In this document: in pieces, positions 49,901-63,250 of the stretch
Position numbering within the stretch: position 1 is the first letter of the stretch
Layout: every line of letters starts with the position of its first letter
Origin: Cetorhinus maximus
Taxonomy: Eukaryota
Length of the DNA: 64,000 nt
Reading direction: 5' to 3'
Assembly: GCF_964194155.1 (NCBI RefSeq)
Contig: NC_135906.1
Coordinates: 6,572,001 to 6,636,000 of the forward strand
Made by a program: the position numbers and the translations under genes
The notes under the pieces: generated by a model
Told to the model about the DNA's origin: nothing
Seen by the model: only the letters and a program-made list of their open reading frames with translations
The model's database searches: none

Positions 49901-52900
49901 TTATGGTCATGAGGTAAGGGGACCACTGAAATTGATTCATGAGAAATTGGTGTGTCAAAATTCAGAAACTCTTCTCCTAGATTACATATCTAATTTCAGG
50001 GAAAGATTGAATAGAGCACATGAGTTGTCTCGGGAAGATTTAAAGATGTCACAGCTAGGAATGTAAATGAAGGCAGACAAGAAAGCAACAGCTCACCAGC
50101 ATTGTACCTAGAGAGAAAGTGCTAGTTCTGTTACCAATCCTAGGTGATTATTTAAATGCAAGGTTTAGTAGGGCCTTGCAGGGTGAAAAGAAATCGAGTG
50201 AAATATATGATTTAATAAATACCCCAGATAGAAGAAAGAAGCAAAGGGTGCGTTATGTAAATATGTTTAAAATGTACTTTGACAGGGAAAAGGAACAAAA
50301 AGAGGTATTAGTGATGATGGATGATGCAGGACTCTGAAATTGATTTTTCTCTAATCAAATTAGATAATGAGGGGGTACTTGAAAATTTAAATGAAAGATC
50401 AAGTTATCTTCCAAGCAAGATCAAAGTCATTTAGAAAAGCTATTGCACTCACACAAACCTATTTGTGGGAATAAGTTGGGGAAGACCCATTTAGCAATAC
50501 GTGATGTATCTACACAAGTTTCATCTTAAATAAGGCAATATCCTTATAGATTAAATCCGGCAAAGTTATCACCAATACAAAAAGAATTTGATTTCATGCT
50601 TCAAAATGATATCGTTGAGTCTAGGTGCAGCAACTGGAGTTCGCCTATTGTACTTGTCCTGCAGTTGGATGGAACCCAAAGTCTATGTGTGGACTATCGA
50701 AAGGTGAATGCTGTGAAATAAGCGGATTCATTTCCTATGCCACGGTTAGAATATTGCATTGAGAAAGTGGGACAATCGAAGTTTATCACAAAGATTGAAA
50801 TGCTAAAAGGATATTGGCAGGTATGGTTGTCGGAAAGAGCAAAGGAGATATCGGCTTTTCTGATACCAAATGGACTACATCAGTTTAAAGTCATGCCATC
50901 TGGTTTGCAGAATGCACCTGCAACATTGCAAAGACTGACAAACAAAATAATTGCAGGTCTAAGCAATTGCGCTGCTTATACTGAAGATCTGATAGTTTTC
51001 CATCAGAGGTGGGAGGAGCATTTACAGCATCTGGAAAATTATTCACTCGACTACAAGAAGCTAATTTGGTGATGAACTTGGCTAAAAGTGAATTTGCAAA
51101 AGTGCAGGTTACGTATCTAGGCCATACCATTGGGCATGGTAAGGTGGCTCTGGGAGATGCAAAACTCAAGGATATCGTGGATTTCCCAGTGCCTACAATA
51201 AAACGGGAGGTTTTGCGATTTCTGGGGCACGAGTGGGCTTTACTGGCAATTACTACCAAACTTTAGCCAAGCGGTAGCTCCACTGACTGACCTATTAAAA
51301 ATGAACAATAGCTTCAATGGACACTGGAGTGTCAGAAGCCATTTGACAGTTTGAAAACTGTATTGACCACTTATGTGGTACCCAATTATGCCAAGCAATT
51401 TATGTTGGCCATTGACGCGAGTGATAATGCCATTGGGGCCATACATTTAGAACAGGGTGACACCGGAATTGAATTATATAAAAAGCCTCTTGAGGCTTGG
51501 TGGTTTTATTCCTGAATTCAGAGCTGCATCTCAAAACTACCAATTGAAAATATAGGTTATGACAGTTGTTCAAGTTTCCCACTGGGATTTAAACAACTCA
51601 GCCTTTACCAACTGCTGTGTCATAGGATTTAGCAGCCTTGTTCACAGTTAATTTGTAGTCTCCACGAATGGGAATAGTTTGATCTGGCTTCATCACAGGG
51701 AGTGTGGGTACTGCCCATTCCAAAAATTGGACTGGCTGGATGATGCCCAGCTTCACTAAGCGGCACAATTCTGCATCCACCTACTCCATTACGGCATAAG
51801 GCACAGGTCTAGCCTGAAAGAAACAGGGTATCACCCCCAAATCTACATATATTTTTGTCTGTAAGCCTTTTGTCTTTCCCAGTTTATCTTGAAATACGCT
51901 GTCGTACATTCTTAACAGCTGAGGAATTCCTTCTGTTCTCACTTGAAAGATTTCTGACCAGTTGTGCCTAATTTTTTTGTAACTGGTCCTGGCCCAGAAG
52001 ACCAGGCTCTTCATCTGTCACGATAACCACTGGCAGCCATAAGGACACAGGGAAAGTGCCAATGCCTTTTAACTGTGTTGACTCTCCAGTGTACACCTTC
52101 AGTTGAACCGTGCTTTGCTACAGATTCAATGGCTCGTTTCGATAATTAAATGTCTGTTCTCCCACCCGTGTAGTCAAGTTTCTTGTGTCTACCTCCATGA
52201 CGAGAGGCTTCCCATTCACTTGAGGGGGAATGGTTATTGGTTCAGTTTTTGCTGATTTGACATTGTATAGGGAATAGATATCATTATCAGCAGCTTCAGA
52301 TCAATAATATTGTGCACTTCAAACTTCTTGGTCTGCTGTCTGATTGGCTGTCTCAATTTCGCCCTGAATTACTTTATTATGTGCCCCTTCCTGTGGCTGT
52401 AATGGCATTCTGCCTGTTTAAATCTGCAGGTTTCCAGTACATGGTTACACACACATCTGTAAAGGTAAATTTCTGAATTGTTTCGGAGATTCTTCCATTT
52501 TGCTTTTTCATTTTTTCAACAGCAGAGACTGTCTCCCGCTTCCCGGCTGTCTGTGCGGTTTACGGGCCCCGCCCAGTGCTAGGTTCCCGCCCCACTGAAG
52601 AATGGCGCCATGTTGTACACTCTGTAAACCTGCGAGTCCCTCTCAGCCCGCTCCATCGCTAGCGCTATTTCCATGGCCCACTTCAAATCAATGTTAACAT
52701 CAGCAAGTAAATGGTGCTGAATGGCATCGTCGTGAACGCCACAAACTAACCGGTCCTGCAGCGTGTCATTGAGTGTATCTCCGAAGAGGCAGAGCTCCAT
52801 CAATTGCTTCAACTTCGCTATATAGGTTGTGATGGACTCTTCTGGGGTCCCTATTCTGGAGTTAAACGTATGCTTCAGCTGAAAATACAACTTTATGAGG

Positions 52901-53411
52901 TTTACCGATTCACTATAAGGTTTAGAATTGGAGGCGTTCGGGGTTGTCAGACTACAGGTGAGTTTATATTTGTTGCTAACACAGACTCTTAAAGGAATTG
53001 CTTTCTGCTTCTTCTTCACTGTTATTTCATTTGCCTTGAAATAAAAACCTGGGCGCTCTATGTACTGGCTCTGATCTTCCATGGCTGGGCCATACAGGTC
53101 GACTCTGCCAAAATGTGGCATGACTGGTGAGTATAATCTTCTAAAGAATTGATATACTCACATTCACAAGGCGAGGTGCAGCGTCGGAGCTATTCATCCT
53201 CATCGCCAAATGGAATGAACTTGATGTAACGGACAGGTTTCTTACCTGAAACAGGTCACTTTATTCCACAGCTCATTTAGAAGCTACTTACTGGAAACAG
53301 ATCCAAGACTAGAAAGCTCCACCCTCAGGATTACCCGCTCTGGGCTCATTCGTCAGAACAATCATGTGACCCCTAAAGGCAGTAGGAAAGGTTAAACCTA
53401 GAATCACTACA
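43942..53411 (-). mobile_element. Decayed Mag-like Gypsy element, third copy (segments 43942-46034 and 51628-53411)
   Basis: Same structure, with a few variant bases in the protease region. Confidence 0.88.
46035..51627 (+). mobile_element. Gmr1-like nested element, copy 3 (3' half is a divergent variant)
   Basis: Offset +34434, 1 bp shorter, with many substitutions after about 49200. Confidence 0.9.
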
Positions 53412-55301
53412 ACTTAAGAAAATGGCTTTGGATTTCCAATATTAAATTTCAGCTCATCTATTACTGGATGTCAGACAAGCAGTTGGATAGATGAGAGGCT
53501 GTGGAGGGGTTGAGGAATTGGATGGTGCGGTACATTTCCAGGAAAGTCTTGAAAAGACAGGCAGGGATTTGGGAGATGAGAACACTCTGACATGGGAGAG
53601 GAAAGGGAGGCTGGAGATGGGAAGCTTAATTACACGGGCAGCTGGGTCGAGGGTTTTTTTGTGAGCTGTCGGTAGTGATGGCAGGTTTGAAAGGGAGGGA
53701 GAAAAGACCTGAGGAGAGGAAATATTGAATATTAGACAGGAAGTGAAATTGAGTGGGGGGAAGGAGGTCATCATTTCAATGGGAATAGTGTTAAAGGAAC
53801 ATGATGTGATGTGTCGGGGACAAGATGTGGTCAGTGTGGGTCTGAGGAAAGTTAGAGAAAGTGGAGAAAGAAGCAGGTTCGGGGATATGCTGGCAGGGGA
53901 GGGGCTGAGCTACAGAGGATGTTTGGCCCGGGAGAGGTGAGGGGAGTGGCAGAGGCGGCTGATCGGTTGGACTTAATCTCTGTGACAAAAAAGTCCATGA
54001 GCTCTTTCACCTTGTTGGAGATGAAGGTGGTGGGGAGAGGGGTTTAGGAAGAGGGTTTGCAGTAGAGAAGAGGAGCTGGAGGGTTATCTGAGCATTGTAG
54101 CCTGATGCTGGAATAGTGATCAGCTTCGGATATGGTGATAGGACAGCCGGACACAATCAGGGTGAATGCGGTAAAGCCGGCTCTGGTGTTGGCTAAAGCA
54201 ATTGTTCAGCATGACTGTTCACGTCTGCGTCACTTGGGCTTATGGGAACAGAGATAAGGGCCGTAGCTGGAGATGGTCTGGGGAGAGAGAGAGGAATGGC
54301 TTTTTTGGGTCCTGGGGCATCACAGATGGAGGTGAGGGTGTGGTTGGGCAGATTGGGAGTTGCAGAAATGTTATGTTGAAAAGAGAGCCAAAGGGAGGTT
54401 AGTTGGGATTAGGAAATGGACACAGGAGGGAGTGGAGCTGGGAGGGGTAAGGGGATTTGGGAGGAGTGTGATACAAGGAAGTGATCGGTGATGGCCTTAT
54501 CTGTGATCTACACGATGGGATTAGCGAGGCCGCGTCCGATGTCAAAGCTCATCGACAATATCATGAACTCAAAAGTTCCAGACCATAACCAGACCCTGAC
54601 ACTCAGAACCATTCACAGTTTCAGTTCCAATAGTGCAGTGGAGTCAAATTCAACATCAGGAATCTCTAATGATTAAATAAAATATATCACCCCTCTGATC
54701 TCACTCATTGTATGGACAGTGTCTCACTAATCAGTGATAGAGATAGTCAGCTAAAGCCAGTTAGCTACATTTTACAAAGTGTCTGAATCCAGATGTGAAG
54801 AGCAGAAACCTTCACAAGGCAACAACTGGGCAAAACCCAGAAAGTTTCTTCAATGTTTACGGTGGATTTGGGGAATACAAGTTACTGAGTTGTTTATTTG
54901 ACGTGTGTGGGGTGAATCAATAGAAAATCCTTGGGACACGCACTCGTGAGTCCGTGTGAGGGATTTTGTGGGTGACACCGCGAAGACACAGGTGAATTGG
55001 TGAAAACTGTCATCAGAGAATTGACCCAAAGAGAAGGAGCTCTGGGATTCCGCCCGAGCTGTGCTGGACCTCACTTGGAGATGTCCGATTCTGCCCAGCA
55101 AAATAAATGGCAAATCCCAAATCCCCATCGATGATAAATATGCTGGAGGATTCACTAAAACAGCGGCACTCATGGAGTGGGAGTTTACTCCACTTCCCTG
55201 GTGTAAATTTTATTCTCATCGAGGTGAATGACCTCAGTGCTGGAGATTGGAACACTTTCTGATTGGAGCCGGAGAGTTAGTATGAACCTATCGCAGGGCA
55301 C

Positions 55302-55619
55302 ATACAGCACAAGTTAGATACAGAGTAAATCTCCCTCTAGAGGGTCCCCCTAAAACACTCCCAGAGCATGTACAGCACGGGGTAGACACAGAGTAAATCT
55401 CCCTCTACAGTGTCCGCATAAAACACTCCCGGAGCAGGTACAGCACGGGGTTAGATACAGAGTAAAGCTCCCTCTCCACTGTCCCATCAAACACTCCGAG
55501 GACAGGTACAGCACGGTGTTAGATACAGAGTAAAGTTCCCTCCATACTGTTGCTATGCACCAATCCCAGGATAGGTACAGCACAGGGTTAGATACAGAGT
55601 AAAGCTCTCTGTACACTGT
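55302..55619 (+). repeat. 68-bp minisatellite, unit 4
   Basis: Same as 3652-3969. Confidence 0.92.
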
Positions 55620-56058
55620 TTCACTAATTTAAAATTGGGAGATAATTACAGGTTGTTGTTGTAGCAGTGTGAGAGTCTCCATTCCCCATCGCAGCATTTA
55701 CCAGTCTGCACGCCAGACTCCCTGGGTCAGTGCCCACCAGTCATCCTCATGGATCAATGAACAAAACCACATGAGATGATTGGATTAATGGTGCCTTCAG
55801 CATGAGAACTTGTGGAGCTGAATTCAGTCAGGTGACACCAGAGCAACTCAGAGTGATTCCTATTGGTCCAAATAAAATTGGCCTTCCTGGTAATAAATCC
55901 ATGAGTTCTGTCTGTCATTGGTGGAGATTGTGAAGATTTGGGCTGGTTAATTGGTTCAATGTTGCTGCTTCTGGTCTCATTGGTATCAGGTGAGTGCAGC
56001 TTGTGTGTACATAAGGTGCTGCTCGGTGGTTGAAGGGATGGTTGAGTTGTTTGGTATC

Positions 56059-59000
56059 ATGGGGGATTTTGTAGTGAGGGCTTTGTTCCCAGTGCTGGTG
56101 TTAGTTGGAGCTGTTTGTGGCACTGATACTTGGCAACAGTTTCTAGGCCAGAGCTTTACATGGGCCAGAGTCAGAGCCACCCCTGTGCCTCAGACAGTCT
56201 CTCCTCCTGGGCCTCCCTTTGGTTCCCATTTCCGTGTATCTCCACTGCAGACTGTGATGGTGCAGTGTGGAGAGGAAAAGCTGCTGCTCAGGGTCCAGCT
56301 GGATTTATTTGGAACCAGGCACCTGATCAAAGCTGCTGACCTGACTCTGGGGACAGAAGGTTGTCGGCCAACAAGGATCTACTCTCAGAACCACACTGTC
56401 CTCTTTGACTATGGACTCCATGAGTGTGGCAGCAGGTTGCAGGTAATGGGAATCCTCAGCTCTTGCTCTAATCTTGGGCTGTAGATTGTTCCCCACCCTT
56501 CATTCCAACACTGGGTGAGATGTCAATGATATTGAGGAGATACCTGTCACCTGCTTTCTAAAACCCCAAGTTAGCTTTCTATTGTGTATTGTACTTTGCT
56601 TTAACTTGTTTCTGAGTGTCTCCGAACTTGTGACAACAGCCCTATTGGTCTTGAACCACCTTTTTGGTTCCTCCAAACTTTGCCTTTTGTTGTTTTGAGG
56701 ATTTTCGGCTCTCTTCCCCTCATTCAGATCGATCCAACTGGAGGCTTCGGTTTCAGTCCGGTTTAATCCAATTGAGTTGTGTCTTAAATGAAGAAAATGA
56801 AATGAGAATTGAAATTTATTGCACTAAAGAGGAACTCCACACTTCCCACTTTTCCTGTCATTGGAATAAATGGGGCCCTAGTTTCAAACTGTTCTATTTC
56901 CATGCTCCATATTACTGTCCAATTGTGGCTCCTTTTACTGTTAACTGAAGCTGTCCTTTTGTTGACTCCCTTTCCTATTCATGGATCCTGGTCTTGTTCT
57001 GATGATCTCACTCTTTGGATAAAGGGCTGAGGTTGCATAGCAACAAATAACCAGATGAGGTCACATGGCCCCTCAAGCCTGTTCCCCAATCATTAGGATC
57101 CTGGCTGATCTTCTACACAACCTCCATGTTCCTGTCCTCTTAACATATATTCTTAGATTCCCTTAAAGCCCCAAAATAAATCCATCTGCCTTGAATGTGT
57201 CCAATGACTGAGCATTCCCAGATCTCTGGAGTACAGAATTCCTAAGGTACATGATCTGCTGGATGAAGTAATTCCCTGTCACAATCTTAAATGACTGACC
57301 CCTGACCTGAGATGAACGCCCCAATAGTCAAGTCTCTCCAGTTGGGGGGAAGGCAGCCTCTTCACACTGACCCTGTCAATCCCCCTCAGAATTGTTTCCA
57401 GGGGATGGGATGACTTCATTGTTAACCCCTGTGGAGAACATTCTCATTTCAGATCAGTTCTTCATTCCTTAACCTGATTCTTTCAGATGGTTGGAGATTT
57501 CCTCATCTACACCACCCACCTGAACCACACCCCAGAGTATCATGGATCTGTCATTGTGAGAACGAATGGAGCTGTCGTTCCCATTGAGTGTCGTTATTTT
57601 AGGTGAGAATCTTTACTCGATTGTCAATAAGATCTACAGCTGCTGGTGGTCTCTGAAGTTGTCCTAAAATGACTCCCCTGCCTTTCCAGGAAGGGCAACG
57701 TGAGCAGTGACCCCATCAAGCCCACCTGGATCCCATTCATCTCCACCAAGTCTGGAGAAGGGCATCTGTCATTCTCTCTGCGCCTAATGAATGGTATGTG
57801 ATGGGCGGAGGGGAGTGATTTCCTCTAGTCACTCACTGGGAGTTACAGCCACTGTCTCTAACCCTTGTCCTCTTGTACTTCAGGTGACTGGCTTACAGAG
57901 CGTACTTCGACTGTCTACTACCTGGGTGAGCTCATTCACATTGAGGCCTCTGTTTCAATGACCAACCACATGCCCCTGAAGCTCTACATTGACCGCTGTG
58001 TAGCTACATTGAGCCCAGACAAGGATTCCACCCCGAGATACAGCATCATTGACCACAATGGGTAAGGATCTGTCTGCTTTCTCCAGCTGGTCCCATCTCA
58101 ATGGCTTCACTTGATTCACTTCCTGTCTCTTTTTAATCTTTCTTCAGTTGCCTCCTGGACAGCAAAGCTGAGGACTCCTTTTCAACCTTTGTGTTGCCAA
58201 GAGACGAGCGGGAGCTGGACAAGCTCCGGTTTGACCTGGATGCGTTCCGTTTCCTTGGAGATGACCGTTCCTTGGTAAGAGGAAGCTGATCATTGGGGTC
58301 TCCATGTTGGGAGGGAGTCACTGAATCATGACTTGTGTTGAATGTGTCCCTCAGATTTTCATCACCTGTCACCTGAAAGTTGCTCCAGTTGATCAGAGGG
58401 ATTCCAGGAACAAAGCTTGTACTTTCCAGAAGTTGCAGAATGTGTAAGTTCCCTCTCTCTCTCTCTCCCTCAGGGATGTGTTGTGTGGGGTTGTGATGCA
58501 CAACCTGGTTGATGGGCTGTTTCTCTTGTTTAGCTGGACCCCACTGGAGGCATGGAGCACTGACATTTGTGCCTGTTGCCATGTGGGTAACTGTGGTGCC
58601 ACAAGGGAGTTGTGGTTTGGTCCCAGAGGAAGGAGAGATCTTGTACCTGAAGCTGGTAGGACATTGATCCTCTAGATGTTGGATGTCCCACTTTCCCCTC
58701 ACTAACTGAAATGTTTGATGTTGCAGAGAGTGAAGCTGGATTGAAGTGGGAGGGTGAGGCCTCACTTGGACCCCTGCTCATTCTGGATACTGATGTGACC
58801 AAGCTGGCAACAGAGTCCCTGAATGAGGCTGAGCGAAGGATGCAGGAGAGGTCTCCAGGTGGTGAGTTGGCCGACTGCTGGTTTCCATTTTCCCCCTCCG
58901 TGTTTCCTTCACTAACCATTGGTTTCTCATTGCTTTGTAGGTGTGGAGTCTGAGGTGGTCCTGATCGTGGCCCTGACTGTGACAGCTGTCTCTCTGATCT

Positions 59001-59062
59001 CTGCTTCATTGCTGGCCTTGTTCCTGTACAGGAAACACAAGCAAACTCTGGTCAACCAGTGA
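56059..59062 (+). CDS. zp3: ZP3/ZPC-like gene, copy 4
   Basis: Same structure at offset +51650 (ATG at 56059, TGA at 59060-59062); no disabling change seen. Confidence 0.95.
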
Positions 59063-61157
59063 CCAAATGATCAATAAAGTAGTGATTCCTTGATCTTCTG
59101 TCTGGGTGTTGATTTGTCTCCATCCTCAACACGTTCAATATCTCCATGGAACTATTGGCCGGCTTCGGTGTATCCAAGCACAGAACTAGGCCTCCGGAAT
59201 GATGAAACAAAAAGAAAAACAAAAGCTGTTGGAAAAACTCAGCAGCTCTGCCAGCATCTGTGGAGTGAAATAGGGTTCATGTTTTGAGTCCAGATGATTC
59301 TCTTCAGTTTTTCTTTTTGTTTCTCATTTCTATCTTCTGCAGTATTTTGCTCTTATCTCCCGAATGATGGGTTTACTGAAGGCAGAGAGAAGCACTAACT
59401 TTCACTCCTTTGGGCTACTGCTCATTTTTCTGCCTACGTCAGAACCCTGGCTCCTTAACTTTAACTACCAGGTGTGGGGCAGGGGGGTGTGAGCAGGTCT
59501 GGGGCCTCCTTGTGGACCTGCTCCTGAGCCTGGCTGCTGTGGGTGTTTACTCAGGCTGCCTCATTCTCTTCCATGCTGATGTTCACCCCCTGGAGAGGGG
59601 ACTCACTGTATTGGAATGTTTGAGGTTTGCTGTCATCAGTGGTTATGAGGTCACAACTGCAACCATTATTTTAGTTTCATCACCCATTAGACTTTTTTTG
59701 ACACTTGAGCTGCTGCTCTTAAAAGCTAATTTTTGGGTAGTGATAACTCATTCTCACTGAGCAAACTATGAACTAAAGCTTGTGTATTGTGGGAATAGTG
59801 AACCTGCAGATCAACCACAGAAGGTGGCGTGAGAGCTAGCATAGTTTTGTAACATGGTCTGAGAGAAACATTAACTGCTAATAACTGGGAGGTAATTAAT
59901 TTTCAAGTGCACCAGCTTTCCCATCTTAATACAATCTTTCTGTACATGAATTAAACAGCTGAAGTCCTACTAATTTAATACTGCTTTGAAAATCCTCCTT
60001 TCCACCCCAGGGATCCTTTATACTTTTGGGCATTTGATGGTTCCCTAGTGTTGATATCACTGGACCTGTCATCTAGAGGTCCAAGCTAATGCTCTTGCTA
60101 TAGGTGGTGGAAATTAAGGTCAAATAATAAATCTGGAATATTAAAAACCCATCTGGTTAACTAATGCCTTCGAGGAAAGGGTATCTCCCCTCCTTACCTG
60201 GTCTGTGTGTGACTCCACACCCACAGCAGTGTGGTTAACACTAAACTGCATTTTGCAATAGCCTGGCAAGTTACTCAGCTCAAGGACAAGTGCTGGCCTT
60301 GCCAGTGATGCCCACATCCTGGGAGAAGATTTTTAAAAATGTAAGATGGAATTTTATGAAAAGTAATAGTTACACAACCAAAAGACCTGAAATATGAAAT
60401 TAAATATTAACTATATGGGGCTAAACTGTCAAATTATTAAGGTTCATGAATGAGTGTGTATGGACTTCCAGAGGGCATTCAATAATCTTTCACATCCAGA
60501 ATGGAGGAAAAATGAAAATGGTGATTGAGAGCATCATCAGACCATCAGGATGTGGCATATGTTGGTTCCCAGGGGTCTGATCTGGTGCTTGAACTTCACC
60601 CGTGACTTAAATATCCAACTGTCTATTCGCACAAGTTTGCAGGTGATGTTAATCATCAATCCGAGAGGAATAGGGACACAAATGAGATTGAGTGAGTGGG
60701 CCAAACAATGGCAAATGTCATTCCGTGCAGGCGAGTAAGGTCAACCGCTCTGGAACCAAGCAAGGGAAAATTACGTTTTTGTCTGAATGGTGGAGGAACA
60801 AAGATGTGAGAGAATTCAAACAATCATTATAAACTAGCGTAATGAAAATTGTTGGAATATTGGACTCTCAAAGGGAGGGATGTGATGCTTCAGTTTTCTA
60901 GAAACTTGGGTACACACACATCTGGATTTCAATCTGGACTTTTGGGAACCAAACATCAAATGACACTTCTGTTCTCTGAGTTTCAATACTGATTGTTTTT
61001 ATCCAAAGACTTCATTTTGCTCAATGTTTAACTTTCCTGATTTTCAAGATTGACGGCTGATCTGATTGAGCTGTTTAAACTGTTCCAAGGATTTGGTAGG
61101 GTAGCGATGGGGGAATTATTTCCTCTTCTGGGTTACTTGAAGTCTGGCTCAGCCTTA

Positions 61158-63250
61158 GGTAGTTACCAGTAAGAGGGATGCAGTCATTGGAAAGGGATTT
61201 ATGTAATCAACTCCTTTAGAAACTACATGCTTGAGCCAGGACCACAACGAGAAAGCGTCAACCCCAGGATTACCCGCAGTTAGGACACATTCGTCTGTAC
61301 AATCACATGACTTCTAAAGGCAGTAGGGAAGGTTATACCTACAATCACGACATTTCCTCCCCCTTTAGTTTTCTTTACATTTCCTATTTACAAAGAATAT
61401 TTTAATCCACCACATGTACATATATGCTTTGGTCATGTGGTTAAATATTAAATCTTTCTCATACATTTAGAGCAGCGTAGCTCCATCACTTCAGACTCTC
61501 CCACTGGATCGACCTGATCAGGAACTGCAGTATCAGGGACATCCTTCGACAGTAGTAGTTCAGAATTTGGGACTTCAACAGAGACATCAGGTATGTCTAT
61601 TCAAGGTCGATCCGTCACCTCAGGGAATAAAGGTTCAAGATGTCTTGTGGAATAGCTGATTGTTGGAATGTCCCTCTCAACCTTAGATGATCCACATATT
61701 TTCAAACAATCTGGTCTTTCACTTCCACTTGGAATGACAAGGGTCCAGTTTCAGATAAAATTATACCAGGAACCCAACTAGGTCCATTTCCAAAATTCCA
61801 CAGGAAAACTGAATTTCCCACAGTAAATCTTCGAACTTTACTATGAATACGGTGAATTAATTTCTGACTACTCTAATTCTTCTCTACCTTCCCCTTGAAG
61901 TTTGGAAACACCAGACCAACCGTGTATGAAGGCGACATTTCATCACTAGTTCAGATGGTGTTGAACCCGTAGTTGCTGAGGAGCCGTACCTTAATTGAGA
62001 AGAAAGCATGAAAGTCAAATTTCTAAAGTACCTTTGGATAAAACTTCTTCATTCCTGATGTGAAAGTTTGCACTGCTCTTCCAGCTAACCCATTTGATGA
62101 GGGGTGATATTGTGCTGTTTAATATGTTTCATTCCATTTAAACTCATGAATCTCTGAAATTCTGTACTCGTGAATGCTGGACCGTTATCCTAAATAATGA
62201 TGTCCGCTAGGCCACGTATACTGAAACATTGGCAAGGCTTTTCAATAGTTGCGCATGATGTCAGTGATCTAACTTCATACACATCCATTCACTTGGAATG
62301 TGCATTGATGATCAATAAAAACATGGTGGAATGGCTTTATCCTCCCTCATCAGTATAGTCCATCACTCTGGTGAAATGTTGTTTGTGCAGACACTGGTGT
62401 CATTTCTTCACTCCAAATATTACTGATAAACCTTCCTTTTCAAGTTGTAAATTGCCCTTCATGGTTTCAGAGAGGGTTCTCGAGACATAGCCGGTTGGCC
62501 TTTCGGAACCAACTTCCATCATGTGTGATAACAGCGCTCCCACACCGTAAGGAGATGCATCAAGCACCACAGGTTAATATTAATTCTTTTGATGGGTCAT
62601 AATGTACCAGTAAACATGACGTATGTAATAGCTTCTTGACTTTCATGAAGGTGCTTCTCGTTGTGCATTCCATGACCAAACATGGTTCTTTTCGAACAGT
62701 ACATGTAATGGTTCAAACACTGTTGACAAGTTTGACAAGAAGTGACTATAACCATTTATCGTTCCCAAAAAAGACTTGAGTTCAGTGACACTGATCGGAG
62801 AGGGTGCCATTCAATTCCCCTGACTTTCTCCTCTACTCCTTTGGCATCCGCTCGGTGACACAAGTAAGCAAAGTATGTCGCTTGGAAGGCATATTTCTCT
62901 TCTTCCAGCTGTACACTAGCTTCCAAAAATCATCTTCAAACCTTTTCTAGGTTGACCAACTGTTCGGCTTCCACTGACCCTGTGATTAGGACATCATCCA
63001 GGTATACCACTACGTGGGGAAGTACTTGCAGTGGACTTTCCATGGTCCTTTGGAAGATTGCACATACAGATGATATAACAAAGGGTAGGCGTGTATATTG
63101 TTGCAGGCCCTTGTGCATGTTAATGGTTTCGTGCTGTCCAGCTTTAGCTGTTGGGATGCATGGCTCATGTCCAGTTTGGATTAAGATTTTCGTCCTGCTA
63201 GTTTAGCGTACAAATCGTCAATCCTCGGGATAGGATATTTATCTAGTTTA
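61158..63250 (-). mobile_element. 3' part (LTR, IN, RH, RT) of the fourth Mag-like Gypsy copy
   Basis: Offset +51650 of 9508-11600; YLDD ORF at 62936-63118. Confidence 0.86.
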
